This document shows, piece after piece, positions 1 to 8,984 of a stretch of DNA of 64,000 nucleotides; the stretch's first letter is position 1; every line of letters begins with the position of its first letter. The stretch comes from an uncultured Rubripirellula sp. (GTDB taxonomy: Bacteria; Planctomycetota; Planctomycetia; Pirellulales; Pirellulaceae), in NCBI GenBank assembly GCA_938085445.1, contig CALKGR010000001.1:1-64000 (forward strand). The letters are read 5' to 3'. The position numbers and the translations under genes are program-made. The notes below the pieces were generated by a model that had not been told where the DNA came from, searched no databases, and worked only from the letters and a program-made list of their open reading frames with translations.

Positions 1-294
1 GAATTTGGACGAACGCCCAAAATCAATTCCAGAAGCGCTGAAGGTGGGCGAGATCACTACCCGCGTTGTATGTTCATGTTGATGGCTGGCGGTGCAGTCA
101 AAGGTGGCCAAGTCATCGGCGAGAGCGATGATAATGCCTCAGGCCCAAGACATGAGGGGATCTCACCTGACGACGTTGCGGCCAGTTTTTATCACAACCT
201 CGGCATTGATCCGACGATGGAATACGACACCAGCACCGGAAGACCGATCACGCTCGTAAGAGATGGTGGAATTATCGACGAGCTATTCTCATAA
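1..294 (+). CDS. DUF1501 family protein, C-terminal part (5' truncated by window)
   Basis: Frame 1 is open from base 1 and reads EFGRTPKIN...GGRDHYP...MAGGAVKGGQVIG...D..AS.YHNLGIDP, the typical DUF1501 C-terminus. Confidence 0.85.
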   Translation, partial: EFGRTPKINSRSAEGGRDHYPRCMFMLMAGGAVKGGQVIGESDDNASGPRHEGISPDDVAASFYHNLGIDPTMEYDTSTGRPITLVRDGGIIDELFS

Positions 295-318
295 AATCGG
301 CTGTCAGATGCAGCCAAT

Positions 319-369
319 AGAAACAGCCGGCAGTCGCTTGAAGCACGGGCGGCTGTTTCTCTCTCTTTT
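319..369 (+). terminator. Candidate intrinsic terminator after the DUF1501 gene
   Basis: AGAAACAGCCG (319-329) / CGGCTGTTTCT (350-360) is an 11-bp inverted repeat followed by CTCTCTTTT. Confidence 0.5.
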
Positions 370-672
370 CCGAGAAGCTAACTCGGATGGCCTGAGAGCC
401 AAGAACTCAGTTGGCTCGGAAACCCTTCTCTGTTGTGCCACCTGACACTTTTACGTTCAGCAAAAACGGGGTGACCAAAGAGAGAAGGGCCATGGTGAAG
501 CCCTCCCTGCCTCACCATGGCCCATCAATGCTGGAACGATGGCACCGATCGTTCCACCCTCCCAATCCATGGTATGAGGGTCATCGGCAAATATGGCGAG
601 ATGGCTGCACCAGAAGTGGCGCAGCACGGAATTTTTTTTAGAAAGGCTAAACAGGGCTGTCAATTTTACAGC

Positions 673-1359
673 CTAGTGACGTTTGTGGCTGTCACAGCTT
701 TTGCAATCAGAATGTTTACCTTTCAAGCAGCCACACGCTCTGTGGCGGTGTTCATGAAGCGAGCCACAACTGTAACGATATCCTTCCCAGACATTTGAGT
801 AACAAGGACTGCCCCTGAAATACTCCAAAAATGTGGAAGTCGGCAGATTGGGTGAAACAAGGGGCCGACAGACAATTACTCGTTCGCAACCGTCGGACTC
901 ACGGACCGAGCCGTGTTGACGATGCCCTGCCGAACTGGTCTCAACTGGCTGAACCAGAGCCACCTTGGGTGGGCTTGCATCAGCCGCTTCCGAAAACTTG
1001 ATTTTCATTTGCGGCAAAGCTTCGGTAACCGGGTCCCTCAACACAACCTTGGAAACGCGTTCCTGTGGCAACTGCGACATAGATCCCGCCGCAGATCCGG
1101 CCGCAACGTGTTCAGAAGAAATGGGGAAGGCAGCATGATTGTGAATAGGACTTGCTATCTCAATCGATTTTCTCCCAATCGGAAGCGTTGCAATAGGCTG
1201 CAGACCTGGCTTATCTCGCTTGGGAACGGAAACGGATTCATCCGACGACATTGCATCGCCGAAACTGAGGTCGGTCAAGAGGCGTTCGATCTCGTCATTA
1301 GCAGTGGCACTTGCGATCAACATTGCCAGAATCAAAATCGCGAGAGCTTCAATACGCAT
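673..1359 (-). CDS. Secreted hypothetical protein with Cys/His-rich C-terminus
   Basis: Start at MRIEALAILILAMLIASATA (signal peptide-like), then a low-complexity middle and a C-terminal CRP...PCYSNVWEGY...CGC...CKSC region. Confidence 0.6.
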   Translation of the reverse strand: MRIEALAILILAMLIASATANDEIERLLTDLSFGDAMSSDESVSVPKRDKPGLQPIATLPIGRKSIEIASPIHNHAAFPISSEHVAAGSAAGSMSQLPQERVSKVVLRDPVTEALPQMKIKFSEAADASPPKVALVQPVETSSAGHRQHGSVRESDGCERVIVCRPLVSPNLPTSTFLEYFRGSPCYSNVWEGYRYSCGSLHEHRHRACGCLKGKHSDCKSCDSHKRH

Positions 1360-1743
1360 AAAAAGACCATCCCTGGCTGGAGAAACGTAAAATTTCATGG
1401 TTCGCAGAATCGCGAGTAGCATGCGACCGCACCATGGCATTCAGCCTTGAGTCGAACCACTGACTCTGGTGATCGTATGACAATTTCTTGTGAAGCCACA
1501 AAAAAATTGCTACACGGCTTAGATCAAGCGTCAGGCAACAATCACTAAAAACTAACCATTTGAAAGATTGCCGCATATTCAGGTAGCTGCAAGCGAAATC
1601 GCCCGCAAGAAATTGAACACGACGAATCAACGAACGAATCATCCTTGTTAATCGTCAACCCAACGTACGTGGCACTGCACTCACGCTTTACCTAACCTGC
1701 ACTTTCTCCGGCATCCTGTGGCGTTTTCGAGCATACAAGTGGC

Positions 1744-4359
1744 CTAGGAAGACATGCTTAACAGTTCATTTCGAATCTCTGCGCGTCTTTCCGAGTTGGT
1801 GAACTTCGAGCCATCCGGCTCGGACACGTAAAACACATCAGCTACCTGATCGAGGTGCGTATCAATTTTGGCAAAATGGAGTACGACATTCATTTTCGCC
1901 AGCGTTGCGGCAATGCGATATAACAGGCCAACTTCGTCATAAGCAAAGAACGAAAGAATGGTATAGCGATCAACCGTCTCATTATCAAAGACGACCTTGG
2001 TGGGAAGGACGTTCACACTCTCTCCCTCCCGTGGGTTCTTGGAATCCCACTTGCGCCTGTGGGCGGGAAGTGACTCATCGGGTGAATCCAAAAGATGACA
2101 AACGCGAGCGCAAATGGTTTCGTGGCGTGACTCGGCTGGCTGTCCGTCAGGACACTCCAGGTCGGTTACCCAGTAATTGTCCCACGCCAAATCACCAACC
2201 ATTTCGATTTGAGCACGTAAGATTGTCAACCCACTGGTACTAAGCACACCTGTCGCACGTGCGAATGTTCCGATGGAATGTTCATCTTCACGCCGAATAA
2301 CCGTGTAGCGAGTGGCATTGAATCGTTCGTCGTAGCTGCTTGTGCACTTGGCTCCTTCCCCAAGATCACAAACTACCAATTCTATCTGCTTCGCAAGGTG
2401 ATCGGTCTCTGCGCGACTGAGCAATGATAAGGGCATCCGATCCAGTAATTCGACACACTGCTCGTAGGAGTTCAGGAGTCGCAATTGCTCGCGAACTTCA
2501 GAGCGTTTTAATTCGATCTCGGGATCATCAGGACTGCCTGGCAGGCTTCCTGAATCAAAGTACCGACGTGTGCGTTTGTAAAGATCTTCGATCAGATTGA
2601 CCTTCCATTCAGTTGCCACTCCCGGTCCTACAGCCACTAGGTCGGCATAGGTATGGACAACCAACAACTCCAAGCGACGGATCGAGCCCACCTCAGCGGC
2701 AAAGGCCAGCACAATTTGTGGATCACTGAGATCATGTCGAAAGGCCACTACATTGACCGCCAAATGCTTGAGCACCAACCACTCAAGTGTTTCAGCCGTC
2801 ACAGGATCAAGGTTCAACCGTTTAGCTGTTTCCTTTGCAATTCTTGCACCAACGATGGAATGATCTTCTTCATAACCTTTTCCAATATCGTGAATCAGTA
2901 ATGCCAAGTGCAGTAAACGTTTATCAGCAAGCCTGCGGTACCGCCGCCCCATGCCACCCTCAGCATTCTGCAACTCCGTAGCAGCTTCGACAGCTCGGAA
3001 ACTGTGGGCGTCCACGGTGTACTTATGATATGCATTGAACTGAAGTAATCCCCGCATATGTTTGAATTCAGGTATCAATTGCTCAATAACCCTTAACTCA
3101 TGCAGGCGCCGAAGAAGTTGGGCAAGGCGGCCCGGACGACTCAGAAGAGAAAGAAACGCATCAATCGTTTCCGCATCTGGGGGTCTTGAGATACGATCCT
3201 GCATTGCCTGTCTGATCGCCTGCCAGGTTTCGTGAGTGATTCGTCGACAATGTTGATTAGCGAGACTCATCAGCCGCAAAATATCGGGCAGGCTGGCAGC
3301 AAATTGCTCGAGGGAATCCTTGGGTACCCAAATATGAGTGGGTCCCATCCGGATATGCTCAGCCACCTCCTTTGAGAACACCGATTCGATAGCGCGATGA
3401 ATCAGTGGTCGACTTTGCGCATCATCAACAAAATAGGCAGCCGCGTACCGGACGTTACGTGTGTTATCAAAATAATCCTGCATGAATTGCTCAACAGGCA
3501 AAATGCCTTCACTGCCCTCATACCCCCACTCGTCGGCAATCTCCAACTGCGTCCCACGATCAAGCACATCGAGGGTCTTACCTTCACGAAAATGCAACTC
3601 ATGGCGAAGTCGCAGCATGAACGCATAGGATTTCCTTAAATAGCGATAGTCTTCTTCTGGCAGGGCTCCCAGTTTGACGAGCCTCTCCAGCTCAGTCTCA
3701 CCATAGCGCGCAAAGCCAATCCAACGGATAAGCTGAATATCACGCAGTGCGCCACGCGATCGTTTGACATTTGGCCTCAAAAGATAAGCCGTTTCTCCCC
3801 ATTTACCACGTTCTTCACGACGAGCGGCAACCACTTTTTTGACAATCTCTGAACTGCGCCGCATTGCACCATGTCGGAACGCATAAAAATACTTGCTGTA
3901 AAGTCGCAAACTGCCGGCAAGCAAACGTGACTCGGAAAGGGAGGAATAAATGACTGGATCCTCCCAAGCCATTCGGCATGCTTCGTTGGCAGTACGGAAT
4001 GAAAACCCCGGATCAATCCCTGAATCGCCGATGTCTTTTTGCAGATTACCCGCAATCTTAATGGCCAAGCTCTCCGCTTTTGGCGTGGCCAAAAGCATCA
4101 AGTCGGCGTCGCTATAGGGAGCCAAATCACGTCTCCCAAATCCCCCGTGAGCAATCAGCGAGAGGCCAGTCAGACGTTCATCCGTTGCGTGCTCTCGGAT
4201 GGCTTCATGCCAGATATCAAGCACAACATCGTCATAAAGATCAGCTAGAAGGGTCGACACTTGCATCCCGGGAGTGCCCGAACGATGCTGCGCAAAAGCT
4301 TTTCTTCGCCCCTCCTCGAGTGCCGCGCGACAGCGTAGGACGATCGGTCTCATCGACAT
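1744..4359 (-). CDS. glnD: [Protein-PII] uridylyltransferase / uridylyl-removing enzyme
   Basis: NTase motif GGFGRRDLAPYSDADL, PNVKRSRGALRD, YHKYTVDAH, HD motif LIHDIGKG, C-terminal ACT domains (DEVGLL, DVFYV); adjacent to P-II. Confidence 0.95.
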   Translation of the reverse strand: MSMRPIVLRCRAALEEGRRKAFAQHRSGTPGMQVSTLLADLYDDVVLDIWHEAIREHATDERLTGLSLIAHGGFGRRDLAPYSDADLMLLATPKAESLAIKIAGNLQKDIGDSGIDPGFSFRTANEACRMAWEDPVIYSSLSESRLLAGSLRLYSKYFYAFRHGAMRRSSEIVKKVVAARREERGKWGETAYLLRPNVKRSRGALRDIQLIRWIGFARYGETELERLVKLGALPEEDYRYLRKSYAFMLRLRHELHFREGKTLDVLDRGTQLEIADEWGYEGSEGILPVEQFMQDYFDNTRNVRYAAAYFVDDAQSRPLIHRAIESVFSKEVAEHIRMGPTHIWVPKDSLEQFAASLPDILRLMSLANQHCRRITHETWQAIRQAMQDRISRPPDAETIDAFLSLLSRPGRLAQLLRRLHELRVIEQLIPEFKHMRGLLQFNAYHKYTVDAHSFRAVEAATELQNAEGGMGRRYRRLADKRLLHLALLIHDIGKGYEEDHSIVGARIAKETAKRLNLDPVTAETLEWLVLKHLAVNVVAFRHDLSDPQIVLAFAAEVGSIRRLELLVVHTYADLVAVGPGVATEWKVNLIEDLYKRTRRYFDSGSLPGSPDDPEIELKRSEVREQLRLLNSYEQCVELLDRMPLSLLSRAETDHLAKQIELVVCDLGEGAKCTSSYDERFNATRYTVIRREDEHSIGTFARATGVLSTSGLTILRAQIEMVGDLAWDNYWVTDLECPDGQPAESRHETICARVCHLLDSPDESLPAHRRKWDSKNPREGESVNVLPTKVVFDNETVDRYTILSFFAYDEVGLLYRIAATLAKMNVVLHFAKIDTHLDQVADVFYVSEPDGSKFTNSERRAEIRNELLSMSS

Positions 4360-4595
4360 GGGAAGCTACTCAGAGCAAACGCAGAGATGGGCATCTATGT
4401 CCTCACACAGACAACTCATGGGACAGAAATTACCCGTGCTTGATAGCATTCCATCGAGCAATCGCTAGGTGCACGAGCGATCTGAAAAACGGGGCATCAG
4501 ATTCATCAAGCCCACATCGGTGATCCTAGCCGAATCTTTCCAGCCCAGTCTTCCTACCTAGCCAAACAGTTTGGACTCCGGTGACCATTTGGCCG

Positions 4596-4940
<345 letters not shown>

Positions 4941-5184
4941 TTACCTCACAACGGGCAAAGGTTGCTTCTTTCTTAGACGGCTCATTGTACACCCGACCGG
5001 CCATCGAACCAGACGGGCAAAAAGATGAACAGGAGCTTCGAAGCAAGAAATCCATAGAAGAACTGACCAATGGCTTGGATCATTTGCTGTAATCCAGACG
5101 GCAATACCAAAAATTGAACTTCCACCCGCCATTTTCAGCACATCCGCAGCCTCGATACTTCCCCCAGCTCGATACGTCTCCAGG

Positions 5185-5754
5185 CTAGGAACGCTGGGAC
5201 AGACCATCGGGCTTCACCCATTGCACATCTTCTACTCCCCGCAACTGATTCACAGAACGCGTGAGCACGAAAAGCAAATCACTCAGACGATTCAAATAAA
5301 TGACCAACTCCTCAGAAACGCTTGTTTCGTGCCTGCGAACCAGAGTGACCACCCGCCGTTCAGCTCGACGGCAAATGGCTCTGGCAAGGTGCAGATGAGT
5401 TGCGCCTGCGTCGCCCGCTGGCAGAATAAATTGCTGAAGGGGTTGCAAACCGCCCTCGTGGTCGTCAATCCACTGCTCCAATTGACCAATATGAGCATTC
5501 GAAATGATCCTCATGCTGTGATCATCGGGCTCGGGAGTGGCCAATTCAGCACCAATGGCAAATAGGGCATGCTGAATTACTTCCAGTTGCGAATCGACGA
5601 CATCCCCCAAATCAGCCGATCTGGCGGTTCCAATCGCCGCATTCAACTCATCAACCGTGCCATAAGCTTCGATCCGATCATCATCCTTGGCCACTCTTGG
5701 CCCACCAAATAGACCAGTGCTTCCAGTATCGCCAGTGCGTGTATAAATCTTCAT
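5185..5754 (-). CDS. PduO-type cob(I)alamin adenosyltransferase
   Basis: MKIYTRTGDTG, AYGTVDELNA, FILP, ARAICRRAER, YLNRLSDLLF. Confidence 0.93.
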   Translation of the reverse strand: MKIYTRTGDTGSTGLFGGPRVAKDDDRIEAYGTVDELNAAIGTARSADLGDVVDSQLEVIQHALFAIGAELATPEPDDHSMRIISNAHIGQLEQWIDDHEGGLQPLQQFILPAGDAGATHLHLARAICRRAERRVVTLVRRHETSVSEELVIYLNRLSDLLFVLTRSVNQLRGVEDVQWVKPDGLSQRS

Positions 5755-5848
5755 AGATGACTCATAAGGTAAGACTTACTTCAGTAACGTTTGTCTGAAG
5801 ATCTCGTAAGATAGTCTTTTGTAGGGAACTCCTGATAAACGACAAGCC

Positions 5849-6289
5849 ATGAAAACCTCTTCCGGAAAAAGAGTTACCGCAGCGGGTATTTTATTGATGA
5901 CGGGACCACCGGATTCAGTCGAGTTCCTACTGATGCGTCATCCAACCCGCTGGGACCTGCCGAAAGGCCACTGCGACAAAGGAGAATCGTTTCTGGAAAC
6001 TGCTCTCAGAGAAACGGAGGAAGAAACGGGGATTTCTGCCAATGCAATCAGGATCGACCCAAAATTTCGATTTGACTTGTTCTACCAAGTTCAATATTCC
6101 GAGATGGGCAGCCAATGGTATGAAAAACAAGTTCGCTACTTTTTGGGTTTTCTGGACCAAAAACCTGAGTTGATTTTGACGGAACATTCATCTGCATGCT
6201 GGCACCGATGGCAGCCACCCCACCAAATCCAGGCCCAGACCATTGATTCCTTACTGGAATCGGTGGCCCATCATCTGGATCTTGGCTAG
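5849..6289 (+). CDS. NUDIX hydrolase (Ap4A-hydrolase-like)
   Basis: WDLPKGH plus Nudix box GESFLETALRETEEETG; EH..W motif. Confidence 0.85.
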   Translation: MKTSSGKRVTAAGILLMTGPPDSVEFLLMRHPTRWDLPKGHCDKGESFLETALRETEEETGISANAIRIDPKFRFDLFYQVQYSEMGSQWYEKQVRYFLGFLDQKPELILTEHSSACWHRWQPPHQIQAQTIDSLLESVAHHLDLG

Positions 6290-6732
6290 CGTGGAGCCAC
6301 CCCCGACTCAGCTTCATTCAGCCACTGCCCAAGACTCGACGCCCCTCAAACCCCATCCGTTGATAGTAGATGCCAGTATTCCATTAAGAGATGGATCGAC
6401 GATGGCAATTGAAACATTTTCCCCTTCAACTTTTCAAATGCCACCTGCCCTGGTGCTCAACTTTATCGCCAACTCTTTGCCAAATTCTCGTCGACGGGAA
6501 AACCGACGTGGTGACTTTGATTGTTGCGGATTTTGCCGACAGTAACGCATGCAGCGGTTATCCCCCTTTTGCGGTTGGGGTTAGCCAACCTTTCCAGGAA
6601 GCTAACACCGGTTCGGCAAACCTGCACGCTGACGTGACCTAATGTTGGGTATCAGCGATTCGATGTGAGCGGCAACGCGACCATCCACTCGCTCCTCAAT
6701 TTCTAGTTCGCAACCGAGATCGGCAATTCATC

Positions 6733-7437
6733 ATGGGCTTTCTGAAACGCATCCTTCGCAGTGGCGTGGCCAATGACACTATCAAGAGCGATGCAAATGG
6801 CAGTTTTGAATCACTCTCAGACGACGAACTCCAGACCCACATGGGAATTGATTCTTACGGTGTCTTTGACCTCACTGACGCGATTCGGCCATCCTACGAT
6901 CTTCAAATCGTTCCCAAGCAAGGCTACCGCTTTGACGAATACATCAATGAAACCAACGGTACGCGAACACCGGTCATCATGGCTTCAGCGACACGTCATG
7001 CGCTAATGACCTTGTTCTTGGACCTGATTGAACCACTTGGCTCGACCGTCGATGTCGTTCTGGAAACAAGTCATCACGCCGGGAGTGATCAAGAAGACCT
7101 CTACCGCGAGCATATTGACATCTCCGTGCTCAAGAGCATTCTTCTTGATTTTGAGGATCTTTTGCTCAACGATGGGTGCACTGGCATTGCAGTGATCAAC
7201 CCAACTAAACGGCAGGAAGTACAATTGGATGAACACAAACTACTGATCGTCTATGGCGATCCACTCGCCGATTTCGAGCAGACATTGATCAAAGGTGACG
7301 TCTATCCAGACGATGACATACGGTTTGTCACGGAAGCCGAGCACGTGCACAGCAGCAGCGAAAACATGTACCGTCAGTTCTGCATGCTGCAAACTCGTCT
7401 CGGTATGGACTGTGAATCAAACGAGTTTGCCTGGTAA
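6733..7437 (+). CDS. Hypothetical acidic protein
   Basis: Long ORF with natural composition and an ATG start; no family recognised. Confidence 0.7.
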   Translation: MGFLKRILRSGVANDTIKSDANGSFESLSDDELQTHMGIDSYGVFDLTDAIRPSYDLQIVPKQGYRFDEYINETNGTRTPVIMASATRHALMTLFLDLIEPLGSTVDVVLETSHHAGSDQEDLYREHIDISVLKSILLDFEDLLLNDGCTGIAVINPTKRQEVQLDEHKLLIVYGDPLADFEQTLIKGDVYPDDDIRFVTEAEHVHSSSENMYRQFCMLQTRLGMDCESNEFAW

Positions 7438-7571
7438 TGAATTGATCGGTGATCGATTTACTTAAATTGCAAAGTCACTCAAAAGAAGCCGCTGTCTGGT
7501 CGACAACCTGATCGATTTTTGCGAGCATGACGATCGATCCATTTCCAATCCACCGGCAAGGTACCTCTCCA

Positions 7572-8114
7572 ATGATCCTTGTGATCAGCTCCAGCCTCCA
7601 CCCAGGCAGTCGCAGCCGCATCATGGCTCGTGCCTGTACAAGCCGACTACAAGAACTCGCGACTGCTGTCACACTGTTTGACTTGGCGGAGTCACCACTT
7701 CCGCTCTGCGATGGGGCGACCGCCTATGGCGACAGTAACGTTCAGCAGCTCAGCGGATTGGTCGAAAACGCAGATGCAATTCTGCTCGCTTCTCCAGTCT
7801 ATAATTATGACGTGAATTCAGCAGCAAAAAATGCGGTGGAACTTACAGGAAGAGCATGGACTGGAAAGATCGTGGGTATGATGCTCGCAGCAGGCGGCCA
7901 GGGCAGCTACATGTCAGCGATGGGACTTGCCAACAGTTTGATGCTTGACTTCCGTTGCCTCATTGTTCCACGGTTCATTTACGCAACCGGTGAGTCGTTT
8001 GAGGGGGAAGCACTGGCTGATGAGAGCATTCAGGAACGCGTACACCTACTGATCGAAGACACTCTGCGGCTTGTAAACGGTCTCAAAGACTCTAGTCTCC
8101 AGCCAGAATCGTAA
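7572..8114 (+). CDS. NADPH-dependent FMN reductase (SsuE/flavodoxin-like)
   Basis: ISSSLHPGSRS, ADAILLASPVYN, KNAVE, AGG motifs; start placed at MILVISSS. Confidence 0.88.
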   Translation: MILVISSSLHPGSRSRIMARACTSRLQELATAVTLFDLAESPLPLCDGATAYGDSNVQQLSGLVENADAILLASPVYNYDVNSAAKNAVELTGRAWTGKIVGMMLAAGGQGSYMSAMGLANSLMLDFRCLIVPRFIYATGESFEGEALADESIQERVHLLIEDTLRLVNGLKDSSLQPES

Positions 8115-8141
8115 CTTTGTTCAAGTTCGAAGAGTGCTTTC

Positions 8142-8783
8142 CTACAGAGTCTGATAGAGCTTCTCAGCTCTGATGTAGGCCTCGACAGATCTCGATGTTC
8201 GAAAGCGGATACTACGACCATTCCGCAGTCGTTCGCGAATTTCGCTGCTGGAAAGTTCAATCAAGGGAAGGTTAACCTGTGATTCACGAATTCGATGGAT
8301 TTGTGTCTCGCTTGCTAAGTCTGACAACACATTGAAATCAATTTCATCGTCAGCACCTCGCTGCAAGACGACCAATGTAGCCAATTGCAGCAGGCGTTCT
8401 GGTTGATGCCACTGTTGGATTGATGCCAGAGAGTCACTGCCCATGATCAAAAAAAATTCCGCTGCCGGAAATTCTATTTTCAAACCCTGTAGCGTATCGA
8501 CGGTGTAGCTAACATCGCCCCGATTAAGCTCACGGTCGTCAACGAGATACTCCGAATATCCCGATACTGCCAAGGCAACCATCTTCCGCCTGTGCTCATT
8601 CGAAGCGACTGGGCCATTGGGCTTCAGCGGAGAAATGGCAGCGGGGATCCAACGGATTTCATCGAGTTCCAGGGCTTCACGAACTGCCTCAGCGATCCAC
8701 AAGTGTCCCATGTGTGGTGGGTCAAACGATCCTCCAAGTATTCCGATTCGCTTGTAGTCTGTCATTTTCTCTATGAAATTCAC
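8142..8783 (-). CDS. nadD: Nicotinate-nucleotide adenylyltransferase
   Basis: GILGGSFDPPHMGH, SYTVDTL, IMGSDS, LSSSEIR. Confidence 0.95.
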   Translation of the reverse strand: MNFIEKMTDYKRIGILGGSFDPPHMGHLWIAEAVREALELDEIRWIPAAISPLKPNGPVASNEHRRKMVALAVSGYSEYLVDDRELNRGDVSYTVDTLQGLKIEFPAAEFFLIMGSDSLASIQQWHQPERLLQLATLVVLQRGADDEIDFNVLSDLASETQIHRIRESQVNLPLIELSSSEIRERLRNGRSIRFRTSRSVEAYIRAEKLYQTL

Positions 8784-8984
8784 GTGTTTTACAGATTCTG
8801 TGACCGAACTTGTCCAGCCCGAGAGTCACGCTAGGTTGCGTTTAAACCACTAGCACTTTCTAGCCACCATACCGAATTAACGCGAACAGGCTGGAAGCAA
8901 CGACTCAACGGGGTTGGAAGTTTGACTATGTTGACGGATAACTTGGCCCATACCAATCAGCCTTCTCATTTTGTTTCTGATCTC

